A stretch of 64,000 bases of DNA from Candidatus Latescibacterota bacterium (GTDB lineage Bacteria; Latescibacterota; UBA2968): assembly GCA_965208125.1 (NCBI GenBank), contig OZ242320.1:2016001-2080000 (forward strand). The letters are read 5' to 3'. A model generated the notes under the pieces. That model did not search any database, was not told where the DNA came from, and worked only from the letters and a program-made list of their open reading frames with translations. This document shows, in pieces, positions 20,686-30,609 of the stretch (its first letter is position 1; every line of letters begins with the position of its first letter). Position numbers and translations under genes: made by a program.

Positions 20686-21763
20686 TGCGACTGTTCCTTT
20701 CCGCGATTTTTTGTGCGATGTATTCCGCGTCGCGTCCGACTCCGCGCAGGAGGTGTGATCCGACGGTGTGTTGAAATTTCAAGCCGACGAAGAACAGGCC
20801 GGGGATGCAGACGCCGCGTTTGTGAATGGGTCCGTTTTTGTCAAATGTGGATTCGGGATGGTGTACGCGGATGAATTTGTAGTCGGGTCTAAAGCCGGTA
20901 CACCATAAGACGGTCAGGTCTTTTAGGCTGATAATTTCGCCGTCGGCGCAGAGGATTCCGCGGTGGTCAGCATCTATTACGCGACCAACCCGTTGTACGC
21001 CGTGGTGTTTTGAAAGCCAGCGCGGCGATGGTGCCATCGCGGGGTCGCCTCCCTGCCATTGGTGCATAATGCGTTGTCCGATCAGCGTTTGCCGCTGGAG
21101 TTCGAATATTGGGAGCAGGCGGGAGAATACGCCGATGGGGATGCCCAGTATAGACCAGGGGACGACGCCGTTGCCGCTGAGTGAGAATGAGAGGGTTTCA
21201 AATTGGTCCGATTGCGCCAGGTCCAGGCAGATTTGAACCCCGCTGCTGCCGCTGCCGACGATGAGAACATTTGCCGTTGTGATCTGGTCGGGGTTTCGAT
21301 AGGCCGCTGAGTGTAGCTGGGGGGTTGATTGCGGCAGTTTTTTCGCGGCTTCTGGTACAAAGGATTGGGCAGCATGCCCGGTGCAGATAGCGACGTTGGT
21401 TGTTTGATAGGTTTGGGTGTCTGTATGGATGTTCCAGGTGTTTTCTCCTTCGGCGACTTGTGTGACGGTGACGCCTTCTTTTAATGGGGGATTGACCATC
21501 TGGCGATACGCATGGAAATAATCAAGTGCTTCTTTGCGTGTGGCGGTGTCGTACCAGGCTTTTTGCGGTGCAAATGGTTTTTGCATGCCGGGCAAGGTGT
21601 TCATCCAATTGGCTGTGTTTAACCGGAAGCTGTCCCAGCAGTTGTGCCAGGCAGAGAACGCCCGGTCGCGCTCCAATACGAGGTGTTCGACCCCGCGTTG
21701 TTGCAAGTAATAACTCAGTGTTATGCCGGCCTGTCCACCGCCGATAACGATGGTATTTATCAT
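20675..21763 (-). CDS. flavin-containing monooxygenase (CzcO/ArsO-like FAD/NAD(P) oxidoreductase)
   Basis: IVIGGGQAG, WDSFRLNT, LHSAAYRNP, VGSGSSG, WCTGF and GVGRDAE; start reassigned to ATG 21763 with a GAGGA RBS. Confidence 0.88.
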   Translation of the reverse strand: MINTIVIGGGQAGITLSYYLQQRGVEHLVLERDRAFSAWHNCWDSFRLNTANWMNTLPGMQKPFAPQKAWYDTATRKEALDYFHAYRQMVNPPLKEGVTVTQVAEGENTWNIHTDTQTYQTTNVAICTGHAAQSFVPEAAKKLPQSTPQLHSAAYRNPDQITTANVLIVGSGSSGVQICLDLAQSDQFETLSFSLSGNGVVPWSILGIPIGVFSRLLPIFELQRQTLIGQRIMHQWQGGDPAMAPSPRWLSKHHGVQRVGRVIDADHRGILCADGEIISLKDLTVLWCTGFRPDYKFIRVHHPESTFDKNGPIHKRGVCIPGLFFVGLKFQHTVGSHLLRGVGRDAEYIAQKIAERNSRNAS

Positions 21764-21919
21764 ACACGCTTCCTCTGACAGAAATCGCGTCTCGAGAGAA
21801 AGAGCAAAACGCTTGCGAAATATAGCGATTGTGATTCGGGTTGTCCAGACACAGATTTTGCTCTGAGGATAAGCCCTGTTTCGCTTGACGAAAATGCCCA
21901 TGTATGAGCATTTTTTTGT

Positions 21920-22066
21920 CTTATTTGACGCCTTATTTGACATCTTATTTGACACGCTTAACAAATTTGTAAGTTATTAAATAATAACAAGTTTTTATAT
22001 CAATAACAAGAAATCTGAGTAAGTTTTGTCCTTATTTGACGCCTTATTTGGCACGTTATTTGACAA
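21920..22066. repeat. two clusters of three 12-bp tandem repeats (CTTATTTGACRY) around an AT-rich spacer
   Basis: 21920-21955 CTTATTTGACGC/CTTATTTGACAT/CTTATTTGACAC; 22031-22066 CTTATTTGACGC/CTTATTTGGCAC/GTTATTTGACAA. Confidence 0.9.
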
Positions 22067-22192
22067 TTTCCTGCTCATTCCATTCAGGAACATGTATTGC
22101 ATTTATACCCCTTGCAAATTTGGTCTGACGATGGGGATTTTGGTTGTATATTGATAGGGTGCATTTTTATATCGGATTGAAAGGATGGGATT

Positions 22193-23752
22193 ATGTTGAT
22201 GACTGGTGGTCAGGCTGTGGTTGAGACGCTGGATGCATGGGGGGTGGATGTGGTGTTTGGGATTCCGGGGGTTCACACGCTCGCGCTTTACGATGCGTTG
22301 TACGAGCATCCGCGGATTCGGCATGTGACGACGCGGCACGAGCAGGGGGCGGGTTTTATGGCGGATGGGTATGCGCGGGCTTCTGGGCGCGTGGGCGTGG
22401 CGTTGACGACGACGGGGCCAGCGGCGGTGAATGCATTGACGCCGATTGGGGAAGCGCACGCAGAGTCGTCGCCCGTGTTGCTGATATGCAGTGGCCCGAC
22501 TGATGCAACAAATGGTACAGATGCGGGCGTGTTGCACGATATGCGCGATCAGTTTGGGACGTTATTTTCTGTGACGGGGCGCGGGCAGCGCGTGTCGCGT
22601 GTGGAGGAGATACCAGATGCGCTATCAGAGGGTTTTGAGGCGATGAAGTACGGACGTCCCCGGCCCTATATTTTTGAAGTTCCGCTGGATGTTTTTAAGG
22701 AAGAGGCAGATGTAAATATTGACGAGCCAGCGCACCGTCCGCCCCATAAGCCTGAGGAGGCCGCGCTCAATGCGGCGGCGGAGATGATTCAGTCTGCGAG
22801 GAAGCCGGTGTTGATCGCAGGTGGGGGAACGCAAGATGCGAGTGATGATGTGATTCAGTTGGCGGAGAAACTCGGATTGCCGGTGGCTGTTACTGCCAAT
22901 GGACAGGGGGCTGTTCCGGCGGATCACCCTTTGCTGGTGCGCGGTGAGGCGATGAACAAGTGTTTGAATGAGGCGGATGTGGTGCTCGCTGTGGGTACGC
23001 GTTTGGGCTTTCGGTTTGAGCAGATGTGGAAGGGGACACCGGAGAAGCTCATTCATCTGGATATCGATCCGGAGGTGATCGGGCGGTCGTTTGAGCCAGA
23101 TGTTGCGCTGATTGGCGATGCGGGTGCGGGGTTGAGGGAATTGTACGCGAGGTTGGATGGGGTTAAGACCGCGTGGGATGTCAGTGGTTCTGTGTCGCAG
23201 GCGTCCGGTCAGTGGGAGGAGAAACCTTTTCCAGAGTTGCTGGGGATTTTGCGGGATGTTCTGGATCGGGATGCGGTGGTTGTGAACGATATGACGATGA
23301 TTAGCTATCAGGCGCGTCGCCATTTTCCGGTTTATGAGCCGCGCACGTTTTTGTCGCCCACGGTTTACGGAACGCTGGGTTTTTCCATGCCAGCGGCTGT
23401 GGGTGCCAAGATCGCGTGTCCAGATAAGCAGGTGGTGTCGCTGTGTGGCGATGGCGGGTTTATGTACACGGCGACGGAGCTTTCTACCGCGGTTCAGCAG
23501 GGGATATCACTGCCGGTTGTTTTGTGCAATGACAATACGTATGACGCGATTAAACGGGCGCAGGATCGGGAATGTGACGGGCGGAATATTGCCGTGGAGT
23601 TGGCGAATCCCGATTTTGTGATGTTTGCTCAGAGTTTTGGGATGCAGAGTGTTCGCGTGACCAACGGACAGGGGTTTGGCGAGGTGCTCGAAGAGGCATT
23701 GCAAGCCAAGGGACCGACGCTGATTGAGGTTTTTTTGCCGGAGTATTCTTGA
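22193..23752 (+). CDS. thiamine pyrophosphate-binding enzyme (ALS/2-oxoacid decarboxylase family)
   Basis: FGIPGVH, RHEQGAGFMADGY, TTGP and GDGGF...N motifs. Confidence 0.9.
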   Translation: MLMTGGQAVVETLDAWGVDVVFGIPGVHTLALYDALYEHPRIRHVTTRHEQGAGFMADGYARASGRVGVALTTTGPAAVNALTPIGEAHAESSPVLLICSGPTDATNGTDAGVLHDMRDQFGTLFSVTGRGQRVSRVEEIPDALSEGFEAMKYGRPRPYIFEVPLDVFKEEADVNIDEPAHRPPHKPEEAALNAAAEMIQSARKPVLIAGGGTQDASDDVIQLAEKLGLPVAVTANGQGAVPADHPLLVRGEAMNKCLNEADVVLAVGTRLGFRFEQMWKGTPEKLIHLDIDPEVIGRSFEPDVALIGDAGAGLRELYARLDGVKTAWDVSGSVSQASGQWEEKPFPELLGILRDVLDRDAVVVNDMTMISYQARRHFPVYEPRTFLSPTVYGTLGFSMPAAVGAKIACPDKQVVSLCGDGGFMYTATELSTAVQQGISLPVVLCNDNTYDAIKRAQDRECDGRNIAVELANPDFVMFAQSFGMQSVRVTNGQGFGEVLEEALQAKGPTLIEVFLPEYS

Positions 23753-23778
23753 GAAGTGCATCCTTATGAGTGTTAAAG

Positions 23779-23820
23779 CGAATCAACGAATCAACGAATC
23801 AGCGAATCAGCGAATCAACG
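23779..23820. repeat. 8-bp tandem repeat (CGAATCAR)x5
   Basis: cgaatcaa cgaatcaa cgaatcag cgaatcag cgaatcaa cg. Confidence 0.9.
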
Positions 23821-23856
23821 GAACGGGGTACAACTGGTTCGGGCCAGTTCATCAAT

Positions 23857-23883
23857 GTAGGGGCGGTGCCCCTGTGCCCGCCC
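23857..23883 (+). repeat. GTAG-family REP element
   Basis: GTAGGGGCGGTGCCCCTGTGCCCGCCC, near-identical to 32014-32040. Confidence 0.8.
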
Positions 23884-23926
23884 GTTGGGTGGTTGGGCGG
23901 GGTTCGTCTATTCGTCGGAGGTTTTT

Positions 23927-25642
23927 ATGGCAACAAAGCGAAAAAAGAGACGGCACAGAGGGGCTGCTGGCAAGGCGAATGCGGATTTGACGGCGCATAT
24001 TCGGTCATTGGGGTTGACGAGTGTGGGGCAATACCAGGCGTGGTGTCGGGATCATGGATTTAATGGGGCGCTGAATAAGAGCTGGCAGGAGCGGCGGCAG
24101 GAGCGCAAGGTTGCTGATCGGGCGATTGATGAGGAATTGGCCGAGCAGGAATTTGTGCGCCATATCAGCGCGTTGGGGTTAGAGACGGTTGCGGATTATA
24201 CCGCGTGGTGTGCCGCGCACGGGTTGAGTACGGGAACGCATAAGAGCGTTGCACAGCGCAAGAAAGAGCGCGATTTGGCCGAGCGATTAAAGAGCGATGC
24301 GGTTTTGGCGAAGATGAAAAATCACACGCGGCGGCCACAGGAGACGATTCGGGCGATTTATGAGGGCAAGCTGTCAGAGGCGGAGTTGAATCGCCCGCAT
24401 TTACAAAAGATCCAGCGGGCTTTTGATGGGTTGGGGAGAGACCGCAAGGGACGGCGCGCGCTGTTGCAGTTGCTGCTTCATGTAGAAAAACGGGGCGATT
24501 TTTTTGACGTCAAGCCCGCGATTGTGCGCCTGGGACCTTCTGATGGCAATACATTTATTGAGGGTTTAGGCGCGCTGGCACATTGGCACAAGCGGTGGTT
24601 GCGCGATCCAGCGGAGTGGCGGCCAGGTTCGCACAATGGGCGCAAGCAATTTGGTTCGCTTGCACGACATTTGCTCGCGAAGTACGATGTGCCCGCGTTT
24701 ATGGATATCGCGTGGTTCGGCGAGGAAGATGAGGCGCGGCAGCAGCAGGGCTGGTTTGTGCATGTGGGAACGGGGGGGAATATTCGCAAGGCAGATGTTC
24801 CGCTGACGCTGACGAAGAAGATGGCGCATTTGTTTTTGGAGTCGCCGCACGATTGCACGATTTACGAGGCGTTTCGGCGGGGTCAAATTCTGGGGCTTGG
24901 CGGGGAGGAGCCGCTGGTGCGCGCGGTGAACAGTACGCGGTTGGGGTCGTCTTTTGAATGCGAGGATTTCTGGCATAAGGTGGTGCATTTTTTTGTGAAT
25001 AATCCAATGCTCGATCCCGATGAGGTGGGACCGATTGTGGATTATATTCACAATCAGAAATACGTGCCTCGAGAAGAGACAGTTGGTGGCGAGGTTGTGC
25101 AACTGCCGCCCGAGCAGCCGAATTTTTCGATTAAGGGGCGCAGTATGGTCAAGTTGCTGCGACAGGTCGAGTTTTGGCATCGGCAGTTGGCGCGGCAGAA
25201 TCGCTTGCCCGCAAAGGTTTGGGCTCCTTCGGGTCTCAATGAGCTGGATTGGACAGCGACGGATAATTATGGGAATGAAAAGGAGCGGTGGACGATTACG
25301 GAGTTGCTGTCGGCCAAGGAGTTGTCCCTCGAGGGACGCAAGATGCATCACTGCGTGGGGTCTTATGCGAATAATTGCAAAACCGGGAAGTCGTCGATCT
25401 GGACGATGCAGGTTACGACGCCGGAGGATGAGACGCTTCGGGTGATGACGATTGCGGTGCAAAATGGCAGCCGAAGCATTACGCAGGCACGCGGGAAGTG
25501 CAATGCGCGACCCAATGGCAGGACGCCCAGTGGCAAGCGTCGGGATTTTAGCAAGGAGTATGAACGCCATTTGCGCAAGTCGCGCCATGTGTTGTATTTG
25601 TGGCGAGAGCAAGAGGGGTTGTCTATGTCGCGTGGGGTTTGA
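23927..25642 (+). CDS. PcfJ-like domain protein with a duplicated N-terminal repeat
   Basis: C-terminal ELSLEGRKMHHCVGSY...SSIW...QARGKCN matches the PcfJ-like pattern; start at MATKRKK with a GGAGG RBS. Confidence 0.8.
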   Translation: MATKRKKRRHRGAAGKANADLTAHIRSLGLTSVGQYQAWCRDHGFNGALNKSWQERRQERKVADRAIDEELAEQEFVRHISALGLETVADYTAWCAAHGLSTGTHKSVAQRKKERDLAERLKSDAVLAKMKNHTRRPQETIRAIYEGKLSEAELNRPHLQKIQRAFDGLGRDRKGRRALLQLLLHVEKRGDFFDVKPAIVRLGPSDGNTFIEGLGALAHWHKRWLRDPAEWRPGSHNGRKQFGSLARHLLAKYDVPAFMDIAWFGEEDEARQQQGWFVHVGTGGNIRKADVPLTLTKKMAHLFLESPHDCTIYEAFRRGQILGLGGEEPLVRAVNSTRLGSSFECEDFWHKVVHFFVNNPMLDPDEVGPIVDYIHNQKYVPREETVGGEVVQLPPEQPNFSIKGRSMVKLLRQVEFWHRQLARQNRLPAKVWAPSGLNELDWTATDNYGNEKERWTITELLSAKELSLEGRKMHHCVGSYANNCKTGKSSIWTMQVTTPEDETLRVMTIAVQNGSRSITQARGKCNARPNGRTPSGKRRDFSKEYERHLRKSRHVLYLWREQEGLSMSRGV

Positions 25643-25645
25643 GGG

Positions 25646-28045
25646 CTATTCATACCGCAATGCTGTGGCTGGATCGGTCAAGGCTGCGCGAATCGCCTGC
25701 GTGCTCACGGTCATGATCGCGATTGCTATTGTTAGCAACCCACTTAATACAAAGACCAGCGCGCCCAGATCTATGCGATACGCAAATCCCGCCAACCATT
25801 CATTCATGACCCAATAGACCAGCGGAAATGCGATTAGATTGGCCAGCAGTACCAGGATCACAACTTCCCGCGAGAGTAAGCGTACGATATTGGGGACGGA
25901 TGCGCCCAGGGTCTTGCGAATGCCTATTTCTCTGGTGCGCTGCTCTGCTGTAAATGCCGCGAGGCCAAACAGGCCCAGACACGCGATTATAATCGCCAGC
26001 CCGGCAAATACAGTTATAAGTGTTCCTATCCGTTGTTCGGCGAGATAATAATACGCCAGGTGTTCGTCTAAAAAACGGTAATAAAACGGCTTTTCGGGAA
26101 TATATTTCCGCCATATTTCACCGATATATTTAAGCGTTTCGTCAATATCCTGACCGCGAATTTTTAGTGTTAGTACGTTGAACTTGGGTTGCCACATCGC
26201 AATCGCCACGGGGCGGATGATTTCGTGTAGCGACCGGTTGTGAAAATCTTTTACCACGCCGATTACAACGCCTTTCTCCCGGTTGTGCGCAGCCCATCCA
26301 AATTCCTTTCCAAGCGGCTCGGTCCATCCCAATCGCTTCACGGCAGTTTCATTCAGGATAAATGCCTGAGATGTATCGGTTGTTACGGCCAGTGAAAAAT
26401 TGCGACCCGCCGTGAGTTCCAGATTATAGGTGTCTAAAAAGGCTTCATCCACGCCCAGGACGCGCATCCGCCAGTCTTCCCCTCCCCTGCCTTCGGGAAA
26501 TACTCTGTCCAGTTGTCCCCCATATCCCATCGAAGAATGCGATGCCGATGTTTTCAAGATGTTTGGGTGCTTCAGATATTCATTTTTGATATTCAAATAA
26601 TCATCCGTCAAGCGTCGATCTGTAGAAAATAGCCAGGTTAGAACTATGAGGTCTTTATCGAATCCCAGGTTTTTGTTCTGTACGTAATTCAACTGTTGAT
26701 ATACCGTGTATGTGCCCGCGATTAAAAATGTCGAGATCGCAAATTGAAATACCACGAGAACTTGTCGCAGTCGGCCGCTTCTGGTTCCTGAAATAAGCGT
26801 GCCTTTCAGTACTGTTACGGGTCGAAAACTGGATAGAAATAGCGCGGGATATCCTCCGGAGAGGAGGCTTACCAGTATGGTTAAAACAAATAGTCCGGCA
26901 ATCGCATACCACAGGGTCTGTCCTTCGAGCGCGATTGTTTTTTGGGCAAAGTTGTTCAGGAGGGGTAGTGAAATTTTCACAATAATTAGCGACAATATCC
27001 CGGCCAACAGTGCGGTCAAAAACGTCTCTCCCAAGAACTGTCGGATCAATTGGGCGCGATAGGCTCCCACTACTTTTCGCAACCCGACTTCGCGTGCCCG
27101 TCGCGCAGAGCGCGCTGTTGATAGGTTCATAAAGTTGATGCACGCAATCAGTAAAATGAAAAGTCCGATGATTGCAAACAGGTACACATACGTGATGTCG
27201 CTGTAAGATGAGATGCCGTAATCCACTTTGGAATACAGATAGATTCGCTCTAAGGGTTGCAAAAAATAGGTGCTCTTTTTGACGATTTCATCGCCCATGT
27301 ATCGCGCCATGAATTCAGGCAATTTTGCTTCGAGTGCTTTCGCATCTGCGCCTTCTCGCAATAAGATGTAATTGTTTGCTGGTCGCCAGGTTGAATCCAC
27401 CGCCCACGTTTCAAATACGTTCCGCGTCCAATAGGTGTTCACGGTTGCACATACAATGTCAAATTGCATGGTTGATTGCCGAGGCGCGTTTTTCAGTACC
27501 CCGGTAATCGTATATACCCCGCCCATATACCGATCATCAACGGTAAGCACTTTTCCTATTGGGTCGTCATTTCCAAAAAATCGTTGCGCGGTTGTCTCTG
27601 TTACCAGGATGGAAAGCGGTTCTTTGAGTACTGTCGCGCGATCTCCCTTCATCAGTTCAAAATCGAAGACATTCAGGAAATCGGGATCTGTCAAACAGAA
27701 TCGCTGATTAAATTTGCGGTCTTTATACGTGGTCCAGACATAGTCCGGCATATATCGCACGACTGTTTCGATTTCTGAATAGTCTTTTTTGAGTGCGGGT
27801 CCCGCTGCCCCCGATGTGCCAAAACCCATGTCACGGGTGCCGTCATCGTTGCGCATCTCGCGGATCAATTTGTAGATCCGATCGCTCTTTTTGTGAAACC
27901 GATCCACGCGAAACTCATCGTGAATGAATAATCCGATGAGGACACAACAGGCCACGCCCACCGATAATCCCAGTACATTGATCAGCGAGTATCCCTTGTG
28001 GCGTATCAAATTTCGCAGGGCGATTTTCAGATAGTTTTGGAACAT
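25646..28045 (-). CDS. MacB-like double-FtsX ABC permease
   Basis: NYLKIALRNL, IACINFMNLSTAR, REIGIRKTLGA and a DPATALRYE end; 799 aa. Confidence 0.95.
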   Translation of the reverse strand: MFQNYLKIALRNLIRHKGYSLINVLGLSVGVACCVLIGLFIHDEFRVDRFHKKSDRIYKLIREMRNDDGTRDMGFGTSGAAGPALKKDYSEIETVVRYMPDYVWTTYKDRKFNQRFCLTDPDFLNVFDFELMKGDRATVLKEPLSILVTETTAQRFFGNDDPIGKVLTVDDRYMGGVYTITGVLKNAPRQSTMQFDIVCATVNTYWTRNVFETWAVDSTWRPANNYILLREGADAKALEAKLPEFMARYMGDEIVKKSTYFLQPLERIYLYSKVDYGISSYSDITYVYLFAIIGLFILLIACINFMNLSTARSARRAREVGLRKVVGAYRAQLIRQFLGETFLTALLAGILSLIIVKISLPLLNNFAQKTIALEGQTLWYAIAGLFVLTILVSLLSGGYPALFLSSFRPVTVLKGTLISGTRSGRLRQVLVVFQFAISTFLIAGTYTVYQQLNYVQNKNLGFDKDLIVLTWLFSTDRRLTDDYLNIKNEYLKHPNILKTSASHSSMGYGGQLDRVFPEGRGGEDWRMRVLGVDEAFLDTYNLELTAGRNFSLAVTTDTSQAFILNETAVKRLGWTEPLGKEFGWAAHNREKGVVIGVVKDFHNRSLHEIIRPVAIAMWQPKFNVLTLKIRGQDIDETLKYIGEIWRKYIPEKPFYYRFLDEHLAYYYLAEQRIGTLITVFAGLAIIIACLGLFGLAAFTAEQRTREIGIRKTLGASVPNIVRLLSREVVILVLLANLIAFPLVYWVMNEWLAGFAYRIDLGALVFVLSGLLTIAIAIMTVSTQAIRAALTDPATALRYE

Positions 28046-28067
28046 GTTTAACGTCAGAAATTAAGTT

Positions 28068-30449
28068 TCATTCATACCGCAGCGACTCAACGGGATTGGC
28101 CATGGCGACTTTGATCGCTTGAAAGCTCACGGTAAGGCAGGCTATAATCAGAGACAGGATGCCAGCGAAAACAAAAACGCGCCAGCCCAGAGATGTGTGA
28201 TAGGCAAAATCATTTAACCACTCGGTCATAAAGTGATAGGCCAGCGGGGCGGCCAGCGCAAAGGAGATGACAACCAGCCTGATGAACTCTTTGGAAAGCA
28301 GAATGACGAGATGGGGAATAGACGCACCGAGAACTTTTCTAATGCCGATTTCCTTAGTGCGTTGTTCGGCGGTATAGGACGCCAGGCCAAACAGACCCAG
28401 GCAAGAAATAAAAATGGCGAAAATTGCAAAAAAAGTAGCCAGCGTGCCCATCGTGCTTTCGTTGCGATACATGCTTTCAAACTGTTCGTCCTGAAAAGAA
28501 AATTCAAAAGCATGGTCCGCATTGAATTTCTTAAATGCCCGCTCAATACCTGCAATGGCCTCAGCCGTTTGTCCCGCGGCAATACGAACAAACAAATACT
28601 CCGTCCGGGTGGGACTCAGAAGAATAATCAGCGGTTCGATGGCGGTGTACAGGGATTGAAAATGAAAATTTTTAACCACACCAATAATTGGACCTTCGCG
28701 ACCAAACCGCAGACGGGTACCAACCGGGTTTTCCATGCCCATGGCTCGGGCCATTTCTTCATTCACGATAAAACTTCTGAGATCACCGGGAAAATCTCTG
28801 GAAAATTCGCGCCCGTGAACAAGCTCCATTTGCAGGGTATTGACCACATCGTAGTTGGCCTGTAACCTGTGAAAAATATGTTCTGAACTGGGATCTCTAC
28901 CCGCCCACATGGCATTTGTTCCGGTACTCGTTACCCTGAGTGGATTGTGTGCGGTACTGGTCACACCGACAATGCCCGGCTGTTGCAAAAGTTCGCGTCT
29001 GAAAGTCTCATACTGCCTCTTAGCTGCCCCTTCCAACCGCATATACACCAGATTATCGCGGTCAATTCCCAGATCTTTATTTCGCATATACGCAATCTGC
29101 TCATAAACCGTCAGCGTGCCGATAATGAGCAAAATAGAAAGACCGAATTGGAACACCACCAGCACCCGGCGCAACTGACTCGAACCCGACCCCGGTGTAA
29201 AAGTACCGTGCAAAACAACGACGGGATTAAAATTGGAAAGATAAAAAGCGGGATAGCTTCCCGCGAGCACCCCGGTTACAATCGCAATGCCAAAAAAAAT
29301 CAGAAGAATCTCGATACTGAAAAGATCGGTCGTGAGTGTCTGATTAACCAAATCGCTAAACGACGGCAAAACCAAAATGACCATGAACAGAGCCAGAATT
29401 GCAGCGAACATGGTCATCAGGAGAGATTCTCCCATAAACTGCCCAATCAGAATGGTTTTATGCGCCCCAACGGCCTTGCGAATCCCAATTTCCCGGGCGC
29501 GTTGCGTAGAACGCGCAGTCGATAAATTCATAAAGTTGATACTCGCGATCAGGATGATGAACACAGCCACGACAATAAACATCCGCACATAGTCAATCCG
29601 ACCACCAACCAGTTTGCCATTCCTGTAGTCGGAATACAGATGCATATCCTGATAGGGTTGTAAAAAAGCATCGCTTGTAACCGTCTTATCATTCTCTCTA
29701 ATAATATTTTTTATTTTGGCATTGAATTGATCGATATTGACATCCTTTTGCAACTGAACGTACAGTCGAAGGTGATTTACCGTCCACTGATAAAAACTGC
29801 GTTTATTAGCCAGATAAGATGCCATCGGCAAAATACAGTCATATCTCTGCGTCGAATTTACGGGCATGTTTTCATAAACCCCGGCCACCTTAAAACTTTT
29901 GTTATCGTATTGTATCAGGGCGTGCGTGCTATTCACCACAAATATCTGTCCCATCGCAATACTTCGCCAATCCTCTCCAAAATACTTCTCGGCCAGTCGC
30001 TCTGAGATGGCGATATTATTCGGTTCCGCAAGCGCGGTTTCGGGATCGCCCAGGATGAGGGGAAAGGTGAAAATCTTAAAAAAAGCCGGTCCAGCGTGAT
30101 ATCCGCGCTCCCGAAAAGTCTGTTTCCCCTGTGTCAAAAGTATGGGCTGAGTCCAGGTCACAAGCACGGTCTCGGTAACTTCGGGATATCGCTCTTCCAG
30201 CAATTTGGCACTCGGCTGCGGGATAGAAGACAGCGTCGAGATCTTATTCATGCCGTGATGATGCCGCATGAGGCGGTAGATTCGGTCGCCTTCCACGTGG
30301 AATTGATCGTAGCTGAGTTCGTGGGCGATCCACATAAAAATTAAAAAACTACAGGTCAGGCCCACTGAAAGACCCGCGATATTGATGATGGAATGGGTTT
30401 TTTGTCCCAAAAAATTGCGGATTGCAATTGTGATATAATTCTTAAACAT
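28068..30449 (-). CDS. MacB-like double-FtsX ABC permease
   Basis: Start reassigned to MFKNYIT with an AGGAG RBS; INFMNLSTAR, KEIGIRKVLGA, NPVESLRYE. Confidence 0.95.
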   Translation of the reverse strand: MFKNYITIAIRNFLGQKTHSIINIAGLSVGLTCSFLIFMWIAHELSYDQFHVEGDRIYRLMRHHHGMNKISTLSSIPQPSAKLLEERYPEVTETVLVTWTQPILLTQGKQTFRERGYHAGPAFFKIFTFPLILGDPETALAEPNNIAISERLAEKYFGEDWRSIAMGQIFVVNSTHALIQYDNKSFKVAGVYENMPVNSTQRYDCILPMASYLANKRSFYQWTVNHLRLYVQLQKDVNIDQFNAKIKNIIRENDKTVTSDAFLQPYQDMHLYSDYRNGKLVGGRIDYVRMFIVVAVFIILIASINFMNLSTARSTQRAREIGIRKAVGAHKTILIGQFMGESLLMTMFAAILALFMVILVLPSFSDLVNQTLTTDLFSIEILLIFFGIAIVTGVLAGSYPAFYLSNFNPVVVLHGTFTPGSGSSQLRRVLVVFQFGLSILLIIGTLTVYEQIAYMRNKDLGIDRDNLVYMRLEGAAKRQYETFRRELLQQPGIVGVTSTAHNPLRVTSTGTNAMWAGRDPSSEHIFHRLQANYDVVNTLQMELVHGREFSRDFPGDLRSFIVNEEMARAMGMENPVGTRLRFGREGPIIGVVKNFHFQSLYTAIEPLIILLSPTRTEYLFVRIAAGQTAEAIAGIERAFKKFNADHAFEFSFQDEQFESMYRNESTMGTLATFFAIFAIFISCLGLFGLASYTAEQRTKEIGIRKVLGASIPHLVILLSKEFIRLVVISFALAAPLAYHFMTEWLNDFAYHTSLGWRVFVFAGILSLIIACLTVSFQAIKVAMANPVESLRYE

Positions 30450-30513
30450 GGGATTCTCCTGTTCAAGTGTAAGTATTGATTTTGTTGTTTTGTCGCGTAC
30501 TGTAAAAACGGGG

Positions 30514-30591
30514 TTATAGTTGTACATCCCGGTCTAACCATCCGTCCGATAGATGTACGATGCGGTCTCCGTAAGCGGCGTTTTTCTCTGA
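30514..30591 (-). pseudogene. stranded 78-bp copy of the 3' end of the ABC ATPase gene (31259-31336)
   Basis: Encodes SEKNAAYGDRIVHLSDGWLDRDVQL* versus ...DRDEQL*; 6 mismatches in 78 nt by manual alignment. Confidence 0.9.
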
Positions 30592-30609
30592 CATTGGTCG
30601 GGCAACCAG

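Noticed and set aside
21801-21864. 9-bp inverted repeat AGAGCAAAA/TTTTGCTCT as a riboswitch
   Set aside because: No recognisable aptamer motif; an Rfam/Infernal search would be needed.
21764-21964. N-terminal extension of the monooxygenase ORF (SNKMSNKASNK)
   Set aside because: It is the translation of the non-coding 12-bp repeats; the Rossmann motif and RBS indicate a start at 21763.
22048-22064. TGGCACGTTATTTGAC as a fourth sigma54 promoter
   Set aside because: It lacks the invariant GC at -12 and is part of the 12-bp repeat.
21920-23820. Short repeat arrays as CRISPR
   Set aside because: The units are 8-12 bp and tandem with no unique spacers; no cas genes.
12331-25612. Long alternative-frame and antisense ORFs (e.g. 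12331-13404, 14472-15314, 17250-18155, 24566-25612)
   Set aside because: They are low-complexity Arg/Pro/Thr or Val/Gly/Asp-rich products expected from biased codon usage in overlapping real genes.
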